Of a stretch of DNA of 64,000 nt, positions 23,848 to 35,941 are shown piece by piece; the first letter of the stretch is position 1; each line of letters opens with the position of its first letter. A program made the translations under genes and the position numbers. Source of the stretch: Lepidodermella squamata (lineage: Eukaryota > Animalia > Gastrotricha); assembly GCA_047495785.1 (NCBI GenBank), contig JBLDXI010000014.1:372001-436000 (forward strand), written 5' to 3'. The notes below the pieces were generated by a model that saw only the letters and a program-made list of their open reading frames with translations, was not told the origin of the DNA and searched no databases.

Positions 23848-24682
23848 ATGCACAAGAACTGGGTTCTAATAGCCGTCATATCTCTGCGTATTCAGATTTC
23901 TATCAGCGAAATAAATGGTAGGATTAATTGACATTTTATCCAAAATTTAATACCTTCATCACCAGAATTGAGAGAACTCGAGCGATTGCATATCAATTTC
24001 TGTTTCTTTTTTTTCAGTGAGAAGATGTTTTGCTATCGACTGGGTGCAATCGGCGACTCCTTTTCTGCGATTCGCTGAATCCCAACTCGGCAATATGTGC
24101 TGTGCGAAGGCGCGAAAAGATGGCCGCTCGCGCCTACTAAGTTTTTGCGACTCGCAGTGCTACGACAATCGAACGGCCGTTTTAACAAGCGAAACTCAGT
24201 ACCCAGTCTGCTTGAATAACAACTACCAGTTCCGCGGCATTGTCGCCACCACGTCGACCAACTGCAACTGGCAAACTATGACCGACTGTTTCTGCTGCTG
24301 GGCGTCGTCGAAATGCGGCGATTGCCCGGTGGAAAAAGAAAACCAGCGCATGTTCAACATCTCAATCTCAAATAACCTGAACCTTGCCAATAAAACACTG
24401 CTCGGCGTGACAACCACCAAAGCATCAAATTTGCCGACTACAACAATGCTGGCAAATGCTTTGGAAATAGGACTTGGCGTCGGGCTCGGTGTTGGCGGCG
24501 CTGTGATCATTGGCGCGGTTTGTGCTGCGATTTTCTGCGTCAAGCGAGGCGGAATTCGAGGCGTGTCTGATGTGACGACTCGATACACACTTTCGACTCC
24601 TCGCTATAACCGCTCGTCGCCAGAATTTTACACATCATTCACGAATTTACAATCTCCAAGAGTTGAAGAAATTCGATTCTAA
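23848..24682 (+). CDS. Type I membrane protein with 12-Cys ectodomain (intron 23918-24017)
   Basis: Signal-like exon MHKNWVLIAVISLRIQISIS spliced to ORF 24017..24682; Thr stalk, Gly-rich TM, Tyr-containing tail. Confidence 0.7.
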
Positions 24683-24920
24683 CATCTAGTTCTGTTCATT
24701 GCTCCCCGAAACCGATGGTTCTATCCTATTTTTGATTTCGCAATAAAAAGCCAAGCCATCAATTTGAGTGTTGCATTTTGCCATGACGTAAGGGTGGGAA
24801 TTTCTAAAAAGACCTCGTGTTAGGCAACACGTTTCGAAGCTAGACGTAACGCTCTGATATACTTAATCGATTTCATTCCATCTAATTTTACTGATCAAAA
24901 CATTTTGGATACACTACATT

Positions 24921-25740
24921 ATGGCGAGATTATTCATGCTATTTTTGGTCGTTTTTGTTTTGTTTTTCACTTCGTCCCATCAGCAAACGGATAGGTTTTT
25001 CGCGAACGTTTTGGACAAAGCGGGACCGGAACGATCGGAATCTCAGTATGGCGTCGCCAACATTAACGAACGAGGCTTTCTAAGCCTAGCTGCTGCCATC
25101 GTTCCTTCAATCTTATCTCTATTCAAGAAAAGTGGCGGTCCCAGTATTGGAGGTATTCACTTGACACATTTTTGCAAAGCGAATTTCCTAATCAGAGGCG
25201 TTTTTCAGGCCCTCTTTGTCCGAAGGTGAAGCAAAACGCCCAATTCGTGGATCAAGCCAGCGATTTCGACGCGGAATCTTACTCCCGACGCCGGCGTGAA
25301 GTTGGCGAAGAAGCCGAGCCCGCTGAAACTGCCGAGGAGCTCGAACCAGGATCTGCCCAAAACTCAACAAACGAGGTTACCGAAATCATTAAAATGTATC
25401 AATGTCCTAATTTGGTTGTTTTCAGGCCGTGCGATTTGGTTTCTACGGAGCTAGGGCTAAGCCAGGTGCCTTGTCGCGATCTCAACGCCACGCTTGCCGT
25501 CGTCACCAGGACTGCTCGAGATACGGCAAGGTCTGCTGTCCAGAGGGCACCGGGACCCGATCATTCACATGCCGCGCTCCCGTGCTTCACATGCAACCGG
25601 CGGGTAACGGCATTTTGATCAAACCACCGAAGCAGCAGCAACAACAGCAGCAGTTTCGGCCGCAAAGTCAGTCAAACTATCAACAACCCAATGACCAGTT
25701 CGACAATGCTGATTTTGACAATGCCAACGACTACTCCTGA
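24921..25740 (+). CDS. Secreted split-WAP-like precursor A (3 exons; introns 25153-25208 and 25376-25425)
   Basis: Signal peptide; GPLCP; SRRRR; acidic spacer; CRRHQDCSRYGKVCCPEGTGTRSFTCRAP; Gln-rich tail. Confidence 0.75.
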
Positions 25741-25933
25741 GTAAAATTTGCCTACAACTCCGCGCGATTGATATGAACATCAGTTGTAGTATCACCTTTG
25801 TTGATAATGAGTAAATAAAACGAAGCTGATTGGCAAATAAAATTGGTAGCATGTGGTGCACCACTTTAGCAGCAAGTTGCAATTGCATTTCGGTCATTTT
25901 ACTCCATTTTGTTGTGGTTTCAATTTATCTGGA

Positions 25934-26886
25934 ATGCTTGGGTTTCTCCTGTTAATTATTTCGGTTAGCGATGTTGCTGGTAAACCAATAATTATAGGTC
26001 TACTACCGCCGAACTTTGTCCTACGACGTCCCGCTGCCGTTATCCGACCGCCATCCAATGACCGAGCCGTGAATTTCGTCAATGAAGGAGACCTGCGCAT
26101 GATGTGGGCCAATCAGCAGTACTATTACAATGGTCCAGTTGGTAATAAACTATCTAAGGTTAACTTAGCGAATAGTGAGCCTATTTTGCCATCAGGGCCG
26201 TGCCCCTTCTATGATACCGATATAAACGCGCAAAATACTCAGGAAATTGTGTACGACAACAGACCAGGAGCGGGACAACTCCCTGGCGGAGGTCGGTTCA
26301 ACCAGCCAGGTGAGGACTTATCGATGTCCGGCAATAATGCCCTGAGACCGAATTCGCGAATGGTTCGTCCTATTACAACGACAGGTAAACTTTCCAATTT
26401 TAAACGATTAGCACTTATATTGTAAACGCAGCTGGAAACATCAGCGACTCAGAATATCGGTAAGAAAAACTTTGGTTGAATTATTCCTGAACCAATCATT
26501 TGCTTTTTTCTGATTCAGTGGTGAAGTCATTGAATACCCTGAGGTTTGCTTTGTACGTGGATTTAAGCGCCCATTTTAATTATTTTTGCCAGAATGAAAG
26601 TACGGATCGCGCATATGACGGCCGGGCAATCCGCGAGTCCGTGGAGGACAACCGAAATTCGGAATGGCTGCGGCAACAAGGAAATGCAAACGGTTTTCTG
26701 CCCATTTGCAACAACGACGGCGACTGTTCACGCCTGAGTCAGCAAACGAATCAGTGGCTGATCTGTTGCCCGCTTGGCCGACTACGGCGAATTTACACCT
26801 GCATGCTGCCGGCTCGAGGCTACGGTTCTAACATGTTTTACAACGGCGGCTACAATGGAGCCAACCAATTTTATGGTGGAAAATGA
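25934..26886 (+). CDS. Secreted split-WAP-like precursor B (5 exons including two microexons)
   Basis: Signal MLGFLLLIISVSDVAG; GPCP after phase-1 intron 26142-26195; CNNDGDC..ICCPLGRLRRIYTCMLP; ends FYGGK. Confidence 0.7.
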
Positions 26887-28082
26887 GACCTCTTCTCTTT
26901 TACCATTTAACTTGGATGATACTGTCGCTTTTCCGCGCTTATCGGGCTTGGGAGCCTCGACGGAAGGTTCAACCCTTCATCGTTCTTTACACTAGTTGTT
27001 TTGTTTGAATACTTCGAAGTAAAATTGAAGATCGACTGCGCGTAATACATATTTTGATTGGAAAAATTAAATTTTGAATGTGGGAGCGAGAGCATCAATC
27101 ACCATTAAAAGAGAGGGCAACTGGCGACTTCGCGTCGAAATTCTGCATAGTGCGCACATAATCGACGAATAGAATATATGACCAGCTTTCAATCATTTGC
27201 AGCCGAAAAATAGCCGAAAAAGACGGAATAGGAGTTGGGAAAAAGCAGACCAGGGAGGGCCGGCTTAAGGAAACAACGATCAATCCTAATAAGACGCAAA
27301 CGGGTTTTTAGACTAATCACCAAGTTCTTCCGCGACTTCGCAAAACGTGTCGAACTACCGCAGTCACTCATGTGCGACATCGTCATTTCAACGATAAAAG
27401 ACTCATGCAAAATCATAAATAATCATCTGTACAGAAAGAATTAGTCAAATGTAAATACCCGTGTCTATAGGCAAACTGTTACTTAGTTTCAGTCGGATCA
27501 TTGTTTTAACAATAAACTACCCTAGAAGAAAGTCCAGCGTCGTGGAAAGGTTGTAAGCCTAAAGGTTTCCAAATTATTCAGCACTTCAGAATGACGATAA
27601 AAGCAGACCGGTAAAATATTTACCCATTTTACTCATGCAGCTGCAAGTCGTCCAATTTGTACCTATTAGAATCTCATCCTCACCATACTACAGGTTCAAG
27701 CCACAGGTTCAGTATATGTAGGATTGACGTGTATATTCAACTCAAAACTCATGCCATCATTCAACTTTCCATTTTACTTCAAGCTATGAGATTCAATCCT
27801 ATCTATATGATCCTAACAAGATCATCTTAACAATCCTAAGAAATTCATTCTAACAGATGACAAGGTGGAAGTTTTCGCAGAACTTCGAAATATGGCGCAA
27901 GGTGATTACGCCTCAATCACGCAGCTAGCCAAACATCTGGCTCGTAAAATCAAATATTTTTGTTAGCTCAGCTCTCGTGTCTCGATGTGACCTGTTATAA
28001 AGGGTGACCTTATCGAGTTTAAGATTATCATTCTGCTCGTCGCAAAATCTGAATTCAGCGGTTAGACTGAACTTGACAGAGA

Positions 28083-28906
28083 ATGTCGCTGAAGGATTTA
28101 ACTATTAGTCTCATAATCACCCTTCTGCTATGCAAAGTAAGTTCTTCTGCTGAGGCTAGATCAGAATCCTCGGAAGATCGCAATTTCGGATTCAACCAAC
28201 CTGGAATGTTCGGTTATAATAATGGCATGTATGGTCCAGGAAATGGCGGTAAGTATGAGCTAACTAGCGCATGCAAATCGCTATGAGTGGTTGTTTTTAG
28301 TACCTCCCGAATTGGTTTGCCCAGCCCCCCACGAAGCGCTGATTGGTGAGTTCTCGATGATTTTCCCTGTAATTTTGTACTCACTCATAAAAATTTGATT
28401 ATAGCCTATCTTCGCGCTGGCCCTTGCGCCAATGATCCCGTTTTCGAAGCGGCGTCACCAACGGGAGGAAACGGGTTCGTACCAGGAGCTAGGATTCGCC
28501 GACGGCGTGATGCGCCAATTATCGAAGAAATTGTTGATCCTGATTCAGTCGTAAGCATATCGCTGCGAAAATGTTCAGCTTTTTATAATTCTTTTACCAC
28601 AGGTCGTTGAAGTGCCAACTGACAAGGTAGGATTTTTCATTACATGCTTTTGGGTGTTGTGATTGATTCTGTTGAGTATAGCCAACGATCCCTGCTGTAA
28701 CTACCGGAGTCCCCCTCGCGATGACTGTAGCACCACCTGCGGCTCGCCAGCAGCGCTTTCGGTCGCTTTGCGCTAATGACCAGCAATGTCCCGGCGGTTA
28801 TCTATGCTGCCCAACTGGCTTAGAACGCTTTGTGTGCTCGATCCCTGTTCGACGTGGCGCTCCTGCTCCAGTTAATCCTTGGCAGATGGGAGGAATGGGC
28901 CGCTGA
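28083..28906 (+). CDS. Secreted split-WAP-like precursor C (5 exons)
   Basis: Signal; Gly/Asn-rich segment; ELVCP; extra GPC; IRRRR; acidic spacer; CANDQQCPGGYLCCPTGLERFVCSIP; ends MGGMGR. Confidence 0.75.
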
Positions 28907-29937
28907 AAATGATCAGCAGAGACTCAACTGACTCAACTCTTGCGTTTTTATTGTTGTTTTACATTTTTGAAAATCTGGAAAGAAATAAACATGAGATATA
29001 ACCCATCATATCTTAATTATTTTCATAGAAGAATAGTTGAATCAACTAGTTTTGACCGTGAAATTGATGAATACATTGATTCCATTGATGGGCGAAAAAC
29101 TAGAAGCGGAACCAATATGTTTAAACGGAGCTAACAGCTAGTGGAGCTGAGAAGAGCGAATGCTGGGAATTTTTCAACTTTCGTAACTTGTCAAAAACTT
29201 TTCATCAATGCGCAGAAAATAGCACAGAATTATTGATAATGTCGTTACCAAGATCAGTCTGAATATTCTCGGAAAACTCATTTTTTGGCTCAATTAAAAT
29301 TTAATCTGGGTTCCACAACGGCAAAACACAAGAAAGCCCGAAAATATGCCGACAGTAACACAACTACTACGCCGATAAAATTGATCTGCAAACCTGACGC
29401 GGAGCTTTTACCACCCATTTCATTTTGAAACCCTCGGCAAAAAGTCAGGAATATTTTCAATGATTCATTTTATCTAATTTCCATGACGTTTCCTAAAACG
29501 GTACTAAAACGGCGCGCCAAACGTCCCAGGTTCCATCTTCAGTACGAATCGGCAGCAACCCTGAAAAAACATGAAGAAGAAGCTCATCAAAATTAATGCT
29601 CAAACCCCAAATTTATTGAGAGTGGAGAGTGGAAAAGTTGGGAAGCTTCTATAAACATATTTTAGATTGGGCTACCACACCTTCACCGTATTTTGCGCGC
29701 GTGCCGTAAATTATCTAAACATGGCGCGATATAGGACGAGTGAAGCGTGCCTGTAAATTAAACGTAATCAGGTGTTCGCGCGCGCGCCCTCAACCAGATG
29801 GGCTCGTGTCAAGTTATGGCAGCCCTCTTCAAACTAGTTTTTAGTCACATAGATATGACGCATTTCTAGCACATCTTTTATTTCAAATTCAATGTTTCCT
29901 ATAACTTTTAAATCATTTGCCTATAGAACATTTTATC

Positions 29938-31598
29938 ATGACAACAACAATCGCAGTTTTTGCCGTCGTCGCTTTGTTGGGACGTAGCTCATTCGGTCAA
30001 AACATGGCTGGAATGGGTGGTAATATGGGCGGCCCAGGAATGGGTGGCATGGGCGGACCTGGCATGGGAATGGGTATGGGAATGCCTGGAGGTGACATGA
30101 GTGGCATGGGCGGTGGCATGGGCATGCCTGGTGCTGGTGCTATGGGCGGCTATCCCGGTGCTGGAATGAACAATCCAGGTAAAGAATGAAGCCTTTAATA
30201 TCTTATTTCTTTACCCACTCATAATCGTAGGGTACGGAATGGGAGCAGGTGCCCAAGGATATGGCCCGATGGGAGGTTTGCTTTATCCTAAGAGGTGGTT
30301 CGCTTTTTTACTTTTTTCGCACAGGACAAGGAGGACTTTCGTGTCCGCCAATCGGAGGGGCCATGAACCCAGGTTATTCGAACGTCTTTTACATTATATC
30401 ATATTTTAATTAAATTAATTATTTGCTTTTCACAGGATTCGGACAGCCTGGATTCGGCCAACCTGGTTTCGGCCAGCCTGGTGAGTAACCAAGATCTTTT
30501 AGGTTTCTCTGAACATTCGGCTTTATTTAGGCATGGGAATGAATGGCATGGGCGACATGTCCGGTATGAACGGCATGCAGGGCATGAATGGTATGCAAGG
30601 CATGAACGGCGGTATGCAAGGCATGAACGGCGGTATGCAAGGCATGAACGGCGGCATGCAGGGCATGAACGGCATGAACGGTATGGGTATGCAAGGCGGC
30701 ATGAACGGGATGAACCCCATGGGTGATATGAGTGGCATGGGACGTCGCCGGCGAGCCGCCGATGAAGAGCTGACGATCGAAATCGTTGAAAACGATGGAA
30801 CTGTGAGGAGCCTTTAGTTTGCTTTGACATATCACTTATCTGAATCCTCTTGCCTTTTGCCAGCCCGCACCGCCTACAAACGTCGAATCCAGGGGAGATA
30901 ATGTGAGTAATACTACTTGAATTGATCGCTGTGATCTTCCATGTTGACCTGATTGATGATTTTGCCATCATTTGAATGTGATTTTTATTAGGCTGCACCT
31001 GCAGGTTCAGATGCCGACTCGCTTATTTCTCAAATTGAAAACACTGGTGAATCATTCCCGTCATCTGCTGGTAACTCCGCTCCTACCCAAGAAGCCGGAA
31101 ATCTGCCAGAGCAAAAAGCCCGCAAAAACCAAGGTGGTAACAACGCAGTTTGCATGAACGACCAGCAGTGCTCGAATGGCCTGATGTGTTGCCCGACGAA
31201 CTCGGGTCGCAACTTGTGCACGGCGCCGATCCGTAGCGGAATGGCTGGCATGGATCCGAATATGATGGGTAAATATGAACTTTTGAATTAATCGAAATTG
31301 CTCATCAATTGTTAATTTTATAGGCGCCGGAATGGGAGCTCCAGGCATGGGAAACATGGGCATGGGTATGGGTGGTGCAGGAATGGGTGCCATGGGTATG
31401 GGTCCTGGAATGGGCGCTCCTGGTATGGGTAACCCGGGAATGGGTGGTGCCGGAATGGGTGGCATGGGTATGGGGCCAGGTATGGGATCTCCGGGAATGG
31501 GTGGCCCTGGTATGGGTGGCCCTGGTATGGGTGGTCCGGGTATGGGTGGTAATATGGGTGGCATGGGGCCTGGTGGAATGGGCGGCCGTCGTCGCTGA
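29938..31598 (+). CDS. Secreted Gly/Met-rich split-WAP-like precursor D (8 exons)
   Basis: Signal; GM repeats; GLSCP; (GFGQP)3; GMNGGMQ repeats; GRRRR; acidic spacer with RGD; CMNDQQCSNGLMCCPTNSGRNLCTAP; GMGGP tail ending GGRRR. Confidence 0.8.
30560..30705 (+). repeat. Coding tandem repeat, 18-21 nt units (GMNG[G]MQ)
   Basis: ggcatgaacggcggtatgcaa units visible in the sequence. Confidence 0.85.
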
Positions 31599-32019
31599 AC
31601 CTCTGCAAATACAACGGCAACTTTTTGTTATCTTTTGATATAAACTATTTGCTAGTTTCAACATTTTTTCTACGGTCAATACTAGCTCAGCCACTCTTCT
31701 AGCTTTTCACTGAATGTTGTTGTGCTCTGATTCCGTAAAAATCCTTTGTTAGCTTGAGCCGAACATAAAATCAAATCAAATTCTCACAATAAAACGTTTG
31801 CTATGCGAATATGCTATCGATCTTTTTACTGAACTGAGTTTTGAGTTCCAATTTCAGAGGTCACAATAGCAAATTGAACAATTTGAAGCGATAGATGCAG
31901 AAGTATCCTTTAACAGAAAACAAGGAACAGGATAATTTATTTAATAAGCAGATCCGAGTTACATCAATGTGAGTGAGCAGTTAACGCATTTAGATTAATA
32001 CAACAAGGTCACTCGCTAT

Positions 32020-33243
32020 TTAATAACGATGTGACCTGTGCCGTTTTCGAGGAGGTGCTGAAGTTTCCGGTCGTCGTTTGGCCATCTCAGCGTGCAATAA
32101 TCGCACGGCGGCGTCCGCATCTCGTTCACTACTGTTTTCAGCCATAATCATCGGCGTTTCTTCGAAGTAATTTTCCGTGTCAATCAAAGCCGGAGCATGC
32201 TCCAGCAAAAATCGAATCAAATCAATGTTAGCAGCCGCAGCGGCAAGGTGTAGCGCTGTATTTCCGTCGAAATCTCTTAAAGTCATAAGTAAACCAGCAC
32301 CGCCGTCTTTTTCAGCTTCCAAGACGAATTCGGCGATTTTTAAGCAGCCTCGATGTTGCTTGATGGTGAAAACTAGCGACGAATTCGCAGAAAAACTTTG
32401 ATCGTCATCGGTGTCCAGCATTTCTGGGTTGAAATGTGGCGGATAGCCGTGACGTTCAAAAACCCGCTCGAATGCTAACTCAGCTTTACCAGCTCGACAC
32501 CAATCAACAGCAGCTAAGAACGGCGTGTTTCCGCGGTCATCAAGTGCATGCATCTGATCGGGGTCAAGTTGACTCAAATATTTGAATATGTCGTAAAAGC
32601 CACCAATAGCTGCGATATGAAGGGCGGTGAAGTTACCGTTCTGTTGAATAACATTTCGCCGGGCTTGTTTTCCAGCCAAGAATTTAACAACGTCGAGCGA
32701 ACCAGACCAGACAGCTCTCAAAAATGGCGTGGCACGGCTTGAGTCTTCCACCTCAAAATTCGCATTTTGGTCCTCGACTAGAAACTGAACAGTTTTCAAA
32801 TCACCAGCAGCGGCTGCGAAGCTGAGCGGAGTCCAGCCAGCTGAATTTCTAGCCTCAACCAAATCAGCGCATCTCCCGATTAAAAATCGAGTTATCTCAA
32901 AATGTTTACGCTTCGTTGCCATGTGAATCGCCATCATTCCATCAGTTGCTTTGCTTTTGGCAAAAAGATCGGCGTGCAACTCGTCGACGATAAATTTGAC
33001 CATTGGCAGGGAGTTTATTCGAGCGGCTTCAATGAGAATAGTGCAATTCCAATGGTCGGGGTTGCGGTGGTTGACGATTATCGGCAATTCGTTATCAGAG
33101 AGTTTCATAGACGAAATCAGCCATTTCAGGCGGGAAACTTGTCCACTCCGAGCCGCCGAGTGAACTGCTTCAAAGTCGAACTTCTCCTGCGGAAAAGAAA
33201 GGCATTTTAACAATAAGATTTTAAAATCAGCTTTCACCTTCAT
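32020..33243 (-). CDS. Ankyrin repeat protein (probable 51 nt intron 33187-33237)
   Basis: Multiple ankyrin consensus repeats (GWTPLSFAAAAG, GNTALHLAAAA); basic NLS-like C-terminus PPRKRHR. Confidence 0.85.
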   Translation of the reverse strand: MKVKADFKILLLKCLSFPQEKFDFEAVHSAARSGQVSRLKWLISSMKLSDNELPIIVNHRNPDHWNCTILIEAARINSLPMVKFIVDELHADLFAKSKATDGMMAIHMATKRKHFEITRFLIGRCADLVEARNSAGWTPLSFAAAAGDLKTVQFLVEDQNANFEVEDSSRATPFLRAVWSGSLDVVKFLAGKQARRNVIQQNGNFTALHIAAIGGFYDIFKYLSQLDPDQMHALDDRGNTPFLAAVDWCRAGKAELAFERVFERHGYPPHFNPEMLDTDDDQSFSANSSLVFTIKQHRGCLKIAEFVLEAEKDGGAGLLMTLRDFDGNTALHLAAAAANIDLIRFLLEHAPALIDTENYFEETPMIMAENSSERDADAAVRLLHAEMAKRRPETSAPPRKRHRSHRY

Positions 33244-33478
33244 TTTCTTAGGGCTCTAGAAACTGATAAAAAAAACTTGTGAGATCGCGCGTTATTGATG
33301 GCAGAAAACGCTGAAAAGCAGCAATAAAAACAGCAATCCTCACTATCAGGTCATTCCGCTGTTGCGTTTTAGTGTGTGTTGCAATAAAACGAAAAATGCG
33401 AACAAGTCAAAAGCGTTATTTATTGCACAAAAATTGAAGCCCCGGATTATTCATTCAATTGCGTCGCATTTAAAATAA

Positions 33479-35602
33479 TCAACTCGTGCATTCAAGTTCT
33501 AGATGGAACGTCGAAGGCTTGGCCGCCGGCTCTTGACTAACTTCAAATTCTCTCTCCAGACCAGTTTCCTTAGCAGTTTCTTTCTGCGGTTCCGATTGAG
33601 TCGGTTTATTTTCTGGGGGTTTTGGATCAGGAGGCGGGTTCGGTTTAGCAACATGCTGCGGTGGCGAGGCATTAGTCGGCGGAGCGGAGGCAACTTTGAC
33701 TGACCTCCTGTACTTCCAAAAAATGAGGTTTGACTTCGCTAGTGCTGCTGCAACAACGATGGACACAACAGCAAAGACAATTGCTGCAATGACACCAGGC
33801 GTCATCATGTTTTCCACGCTCTGCCATGAAGCTCTGTAAGAGCCATACAGTGGCTGGTCATCAGCTACGGGGTAGACGTACATCGGCCGCGGGCTGGTCG
33901 GGTAAAAATTGTCGTTGTAAAAGTATAAAAAATCAAAATTAGGCTGGCTTGGGTCATTTCTACCGCCAAATACTGGATCGCGTCGTTGAGCTTCGGCTAC
34001 CTGTGCCAAATAGACAGAATTTGAGCCAGAACCTGGGTTAACAATAGTAGTAGACGACCCAGCAGGTCCTGCAGCCCCTGCAGTGGTCGCAACGGTTGTA
34101 GTCCTAAAATAGGAAATTCGAACACATTTTTTCAATTTTTTTCATTTAATTTTACGATTTCGTGGTTGCAGTCGTTGTTGACGTTGATGTCGTTGAGGTG
34201 GTAGTCGTCGTAACCCAGCTGTCGACCTGGCACACATAGCATCGCGTTGACTCGCGGACGTCGCTTATCCAGCCACCGAAGTTGCTCGAAGGCCAGTTTG
34301 GCTTGGTAAGAGACGTGTAAAGCGAATCAGCCCGAACGAAGAAAGCATCGTTCGATCCAGACGGATGGCCACCAACTACGTCAAATGCGTCGCTTGAACT
34401 CACTACATCTTGAGCAGCGTTCGACCAAACCCAACGGCTGGTTGAACCTTGAAAGAATGTGTGAATTACTAAAATTCGATAATTGTTTAAAATTCGTACT
34501 GTTAAATTCAAGACCGATCCAATAATCGATCCCTTCTAAATAAGCTTTAACTTTCGCGAAGATGAGCAGCGCCTCAGTTCTCGGTATCCAAAGGGTCGGT
34601 GAGTAAGACGCAGCCAGAGTGTTACACGAAGCTTTCGCCTGGTTAAAGGACAAGGGGCTTCGCATGAATCGGAAGCACTTGTCTGTGTACTTTTCCCAAC
34701 CAGGTGGGCAAGACATGCACGCTCGAGAGTACTCGCATATGTAATTTAGGGTCTGCGAATACGAGTTGGAAATGATCAGCCGCTTGTTTGCTATGTAGCC
34801 GACAAATTCCGAGCCAGTGTACGCGTTTTGCCATAATAGCCACGGGGCAGCGACTGTATCAACGTAACTCGAAGACCCATTGAAGTTATTTCCGAGGACA
34901 GCCGTAGAGCCATCCTTCATTGGTTGATAAATTCGTAAAAAATAATCAAACAATTTTGGCAACTTGCCATCCACCGCCATTTATTGTTGGGATCCGCTGA
35001 GAAACCAAACGGGATGGTCCAAGTTGCGCTAGACTGACCAGCTGAGCGGCGAGCCCAGTCTTGAATACCTAAATTTTTAATAATTTACCGCATTTCAGGA
35101 TAGGAATGAGGATCTTTACCAAGCCAATAGTAGTCAAAACTTGAGCCTGCTACAGTTGTGGACACCCAGCTGAATTCAGCAGCGCCGTTGGGTGACCACA
35201 GATGCCCTCCATATTTTACACAATCCGCCACAGCTAAAAGATGCGTTTTTGGAGACCTGTGTAGTTAATTTTGAGGCATAATTATTCATATTAGGTCAGA
35301 CGATTGTTATTACGAGGAAACGACAAAATAGCAACTGTCGTAGCACGAGCTGTAATGGGTCCAAGGTGCTGTTGATACACATGCAGCTAAAAATTGTAGG
35401 TCAAATGTAACTTATCTTAAATAAAATGGGAATATTTACGTGTAGAGACGCAGGCTGAAGAGCAACTTTGACTTGAGGTGACCGCTGGAAGAAATATAAG
35501 TAAGCATTAATCAGCAAATTGAGGAATACCGAGATCATTTATACCGATCACGGAAGCAAGAATAACCAACTCATAGGTAGCCTGGAATAGATGCCTAAAC
35601 AT
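33479..35602 (-). CDS. Type I membrane protein with two C-type lectin-like domains and a Thr-rich stalk
   Basis: Signal exon MFRHLFQATYELVILASVI; CTLD1 (SCYFV..CVKYGGHL..YWLG..YICE); CTLD2 (CPPGWEKYTDKCF..YWIGL..CYVCQ); TM; Pro-rich tail. Confidence 0.85.
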
Positions 35603-35941
35603 TTTTGGAATAGTTGTTCATTCTAGCATTCTTAAGGCTGCGAGTATCGCGCACTTCTCAACCTTCCAGACGGCTGTTCCGATCGATGCGAACCCATGTG
35701 TTTAGCGACGCGTGCCACGTTACAGATCGATCATAGTTCTTTATGCGCATAAATGATTAATTTCGCAATTGAATAAGTCTTGAAATAGAGATATCAATAA
35801 TAAACCTGGACCGCCTGCTTCTCGAAGTAAAATTCCTCAGATTGAAAGAAAATATTTTAACCTAATTATGCTCTTTATTATCAGTAATTTTGGATAATAA
35901 GTTAAAAGTGTTAATCTCGATGTTGTTCCTTATTCCAGATG

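Noticed and set aside
26907-27720. Minus-strand splice-like signals and short ORFs between precursors B and C
   Set aside because: No frame stays open across the candidate exons; a lncRNA cannot be excluded
30530-30740. Regular direct repeats as a possible CRISPR-like array
   Set aside because: No unique spacers; the repeats are in-frame coding units in a eukaryotic gene
30399-31694. Minus-strand His-, Pro- and Cys-rich ORFs (MPPCIP, HATH repeats)
   Set aside because: Antisense and off-frame shadows of the Gly/Met repeats; the + strand frame has the signal peptide and splice sites
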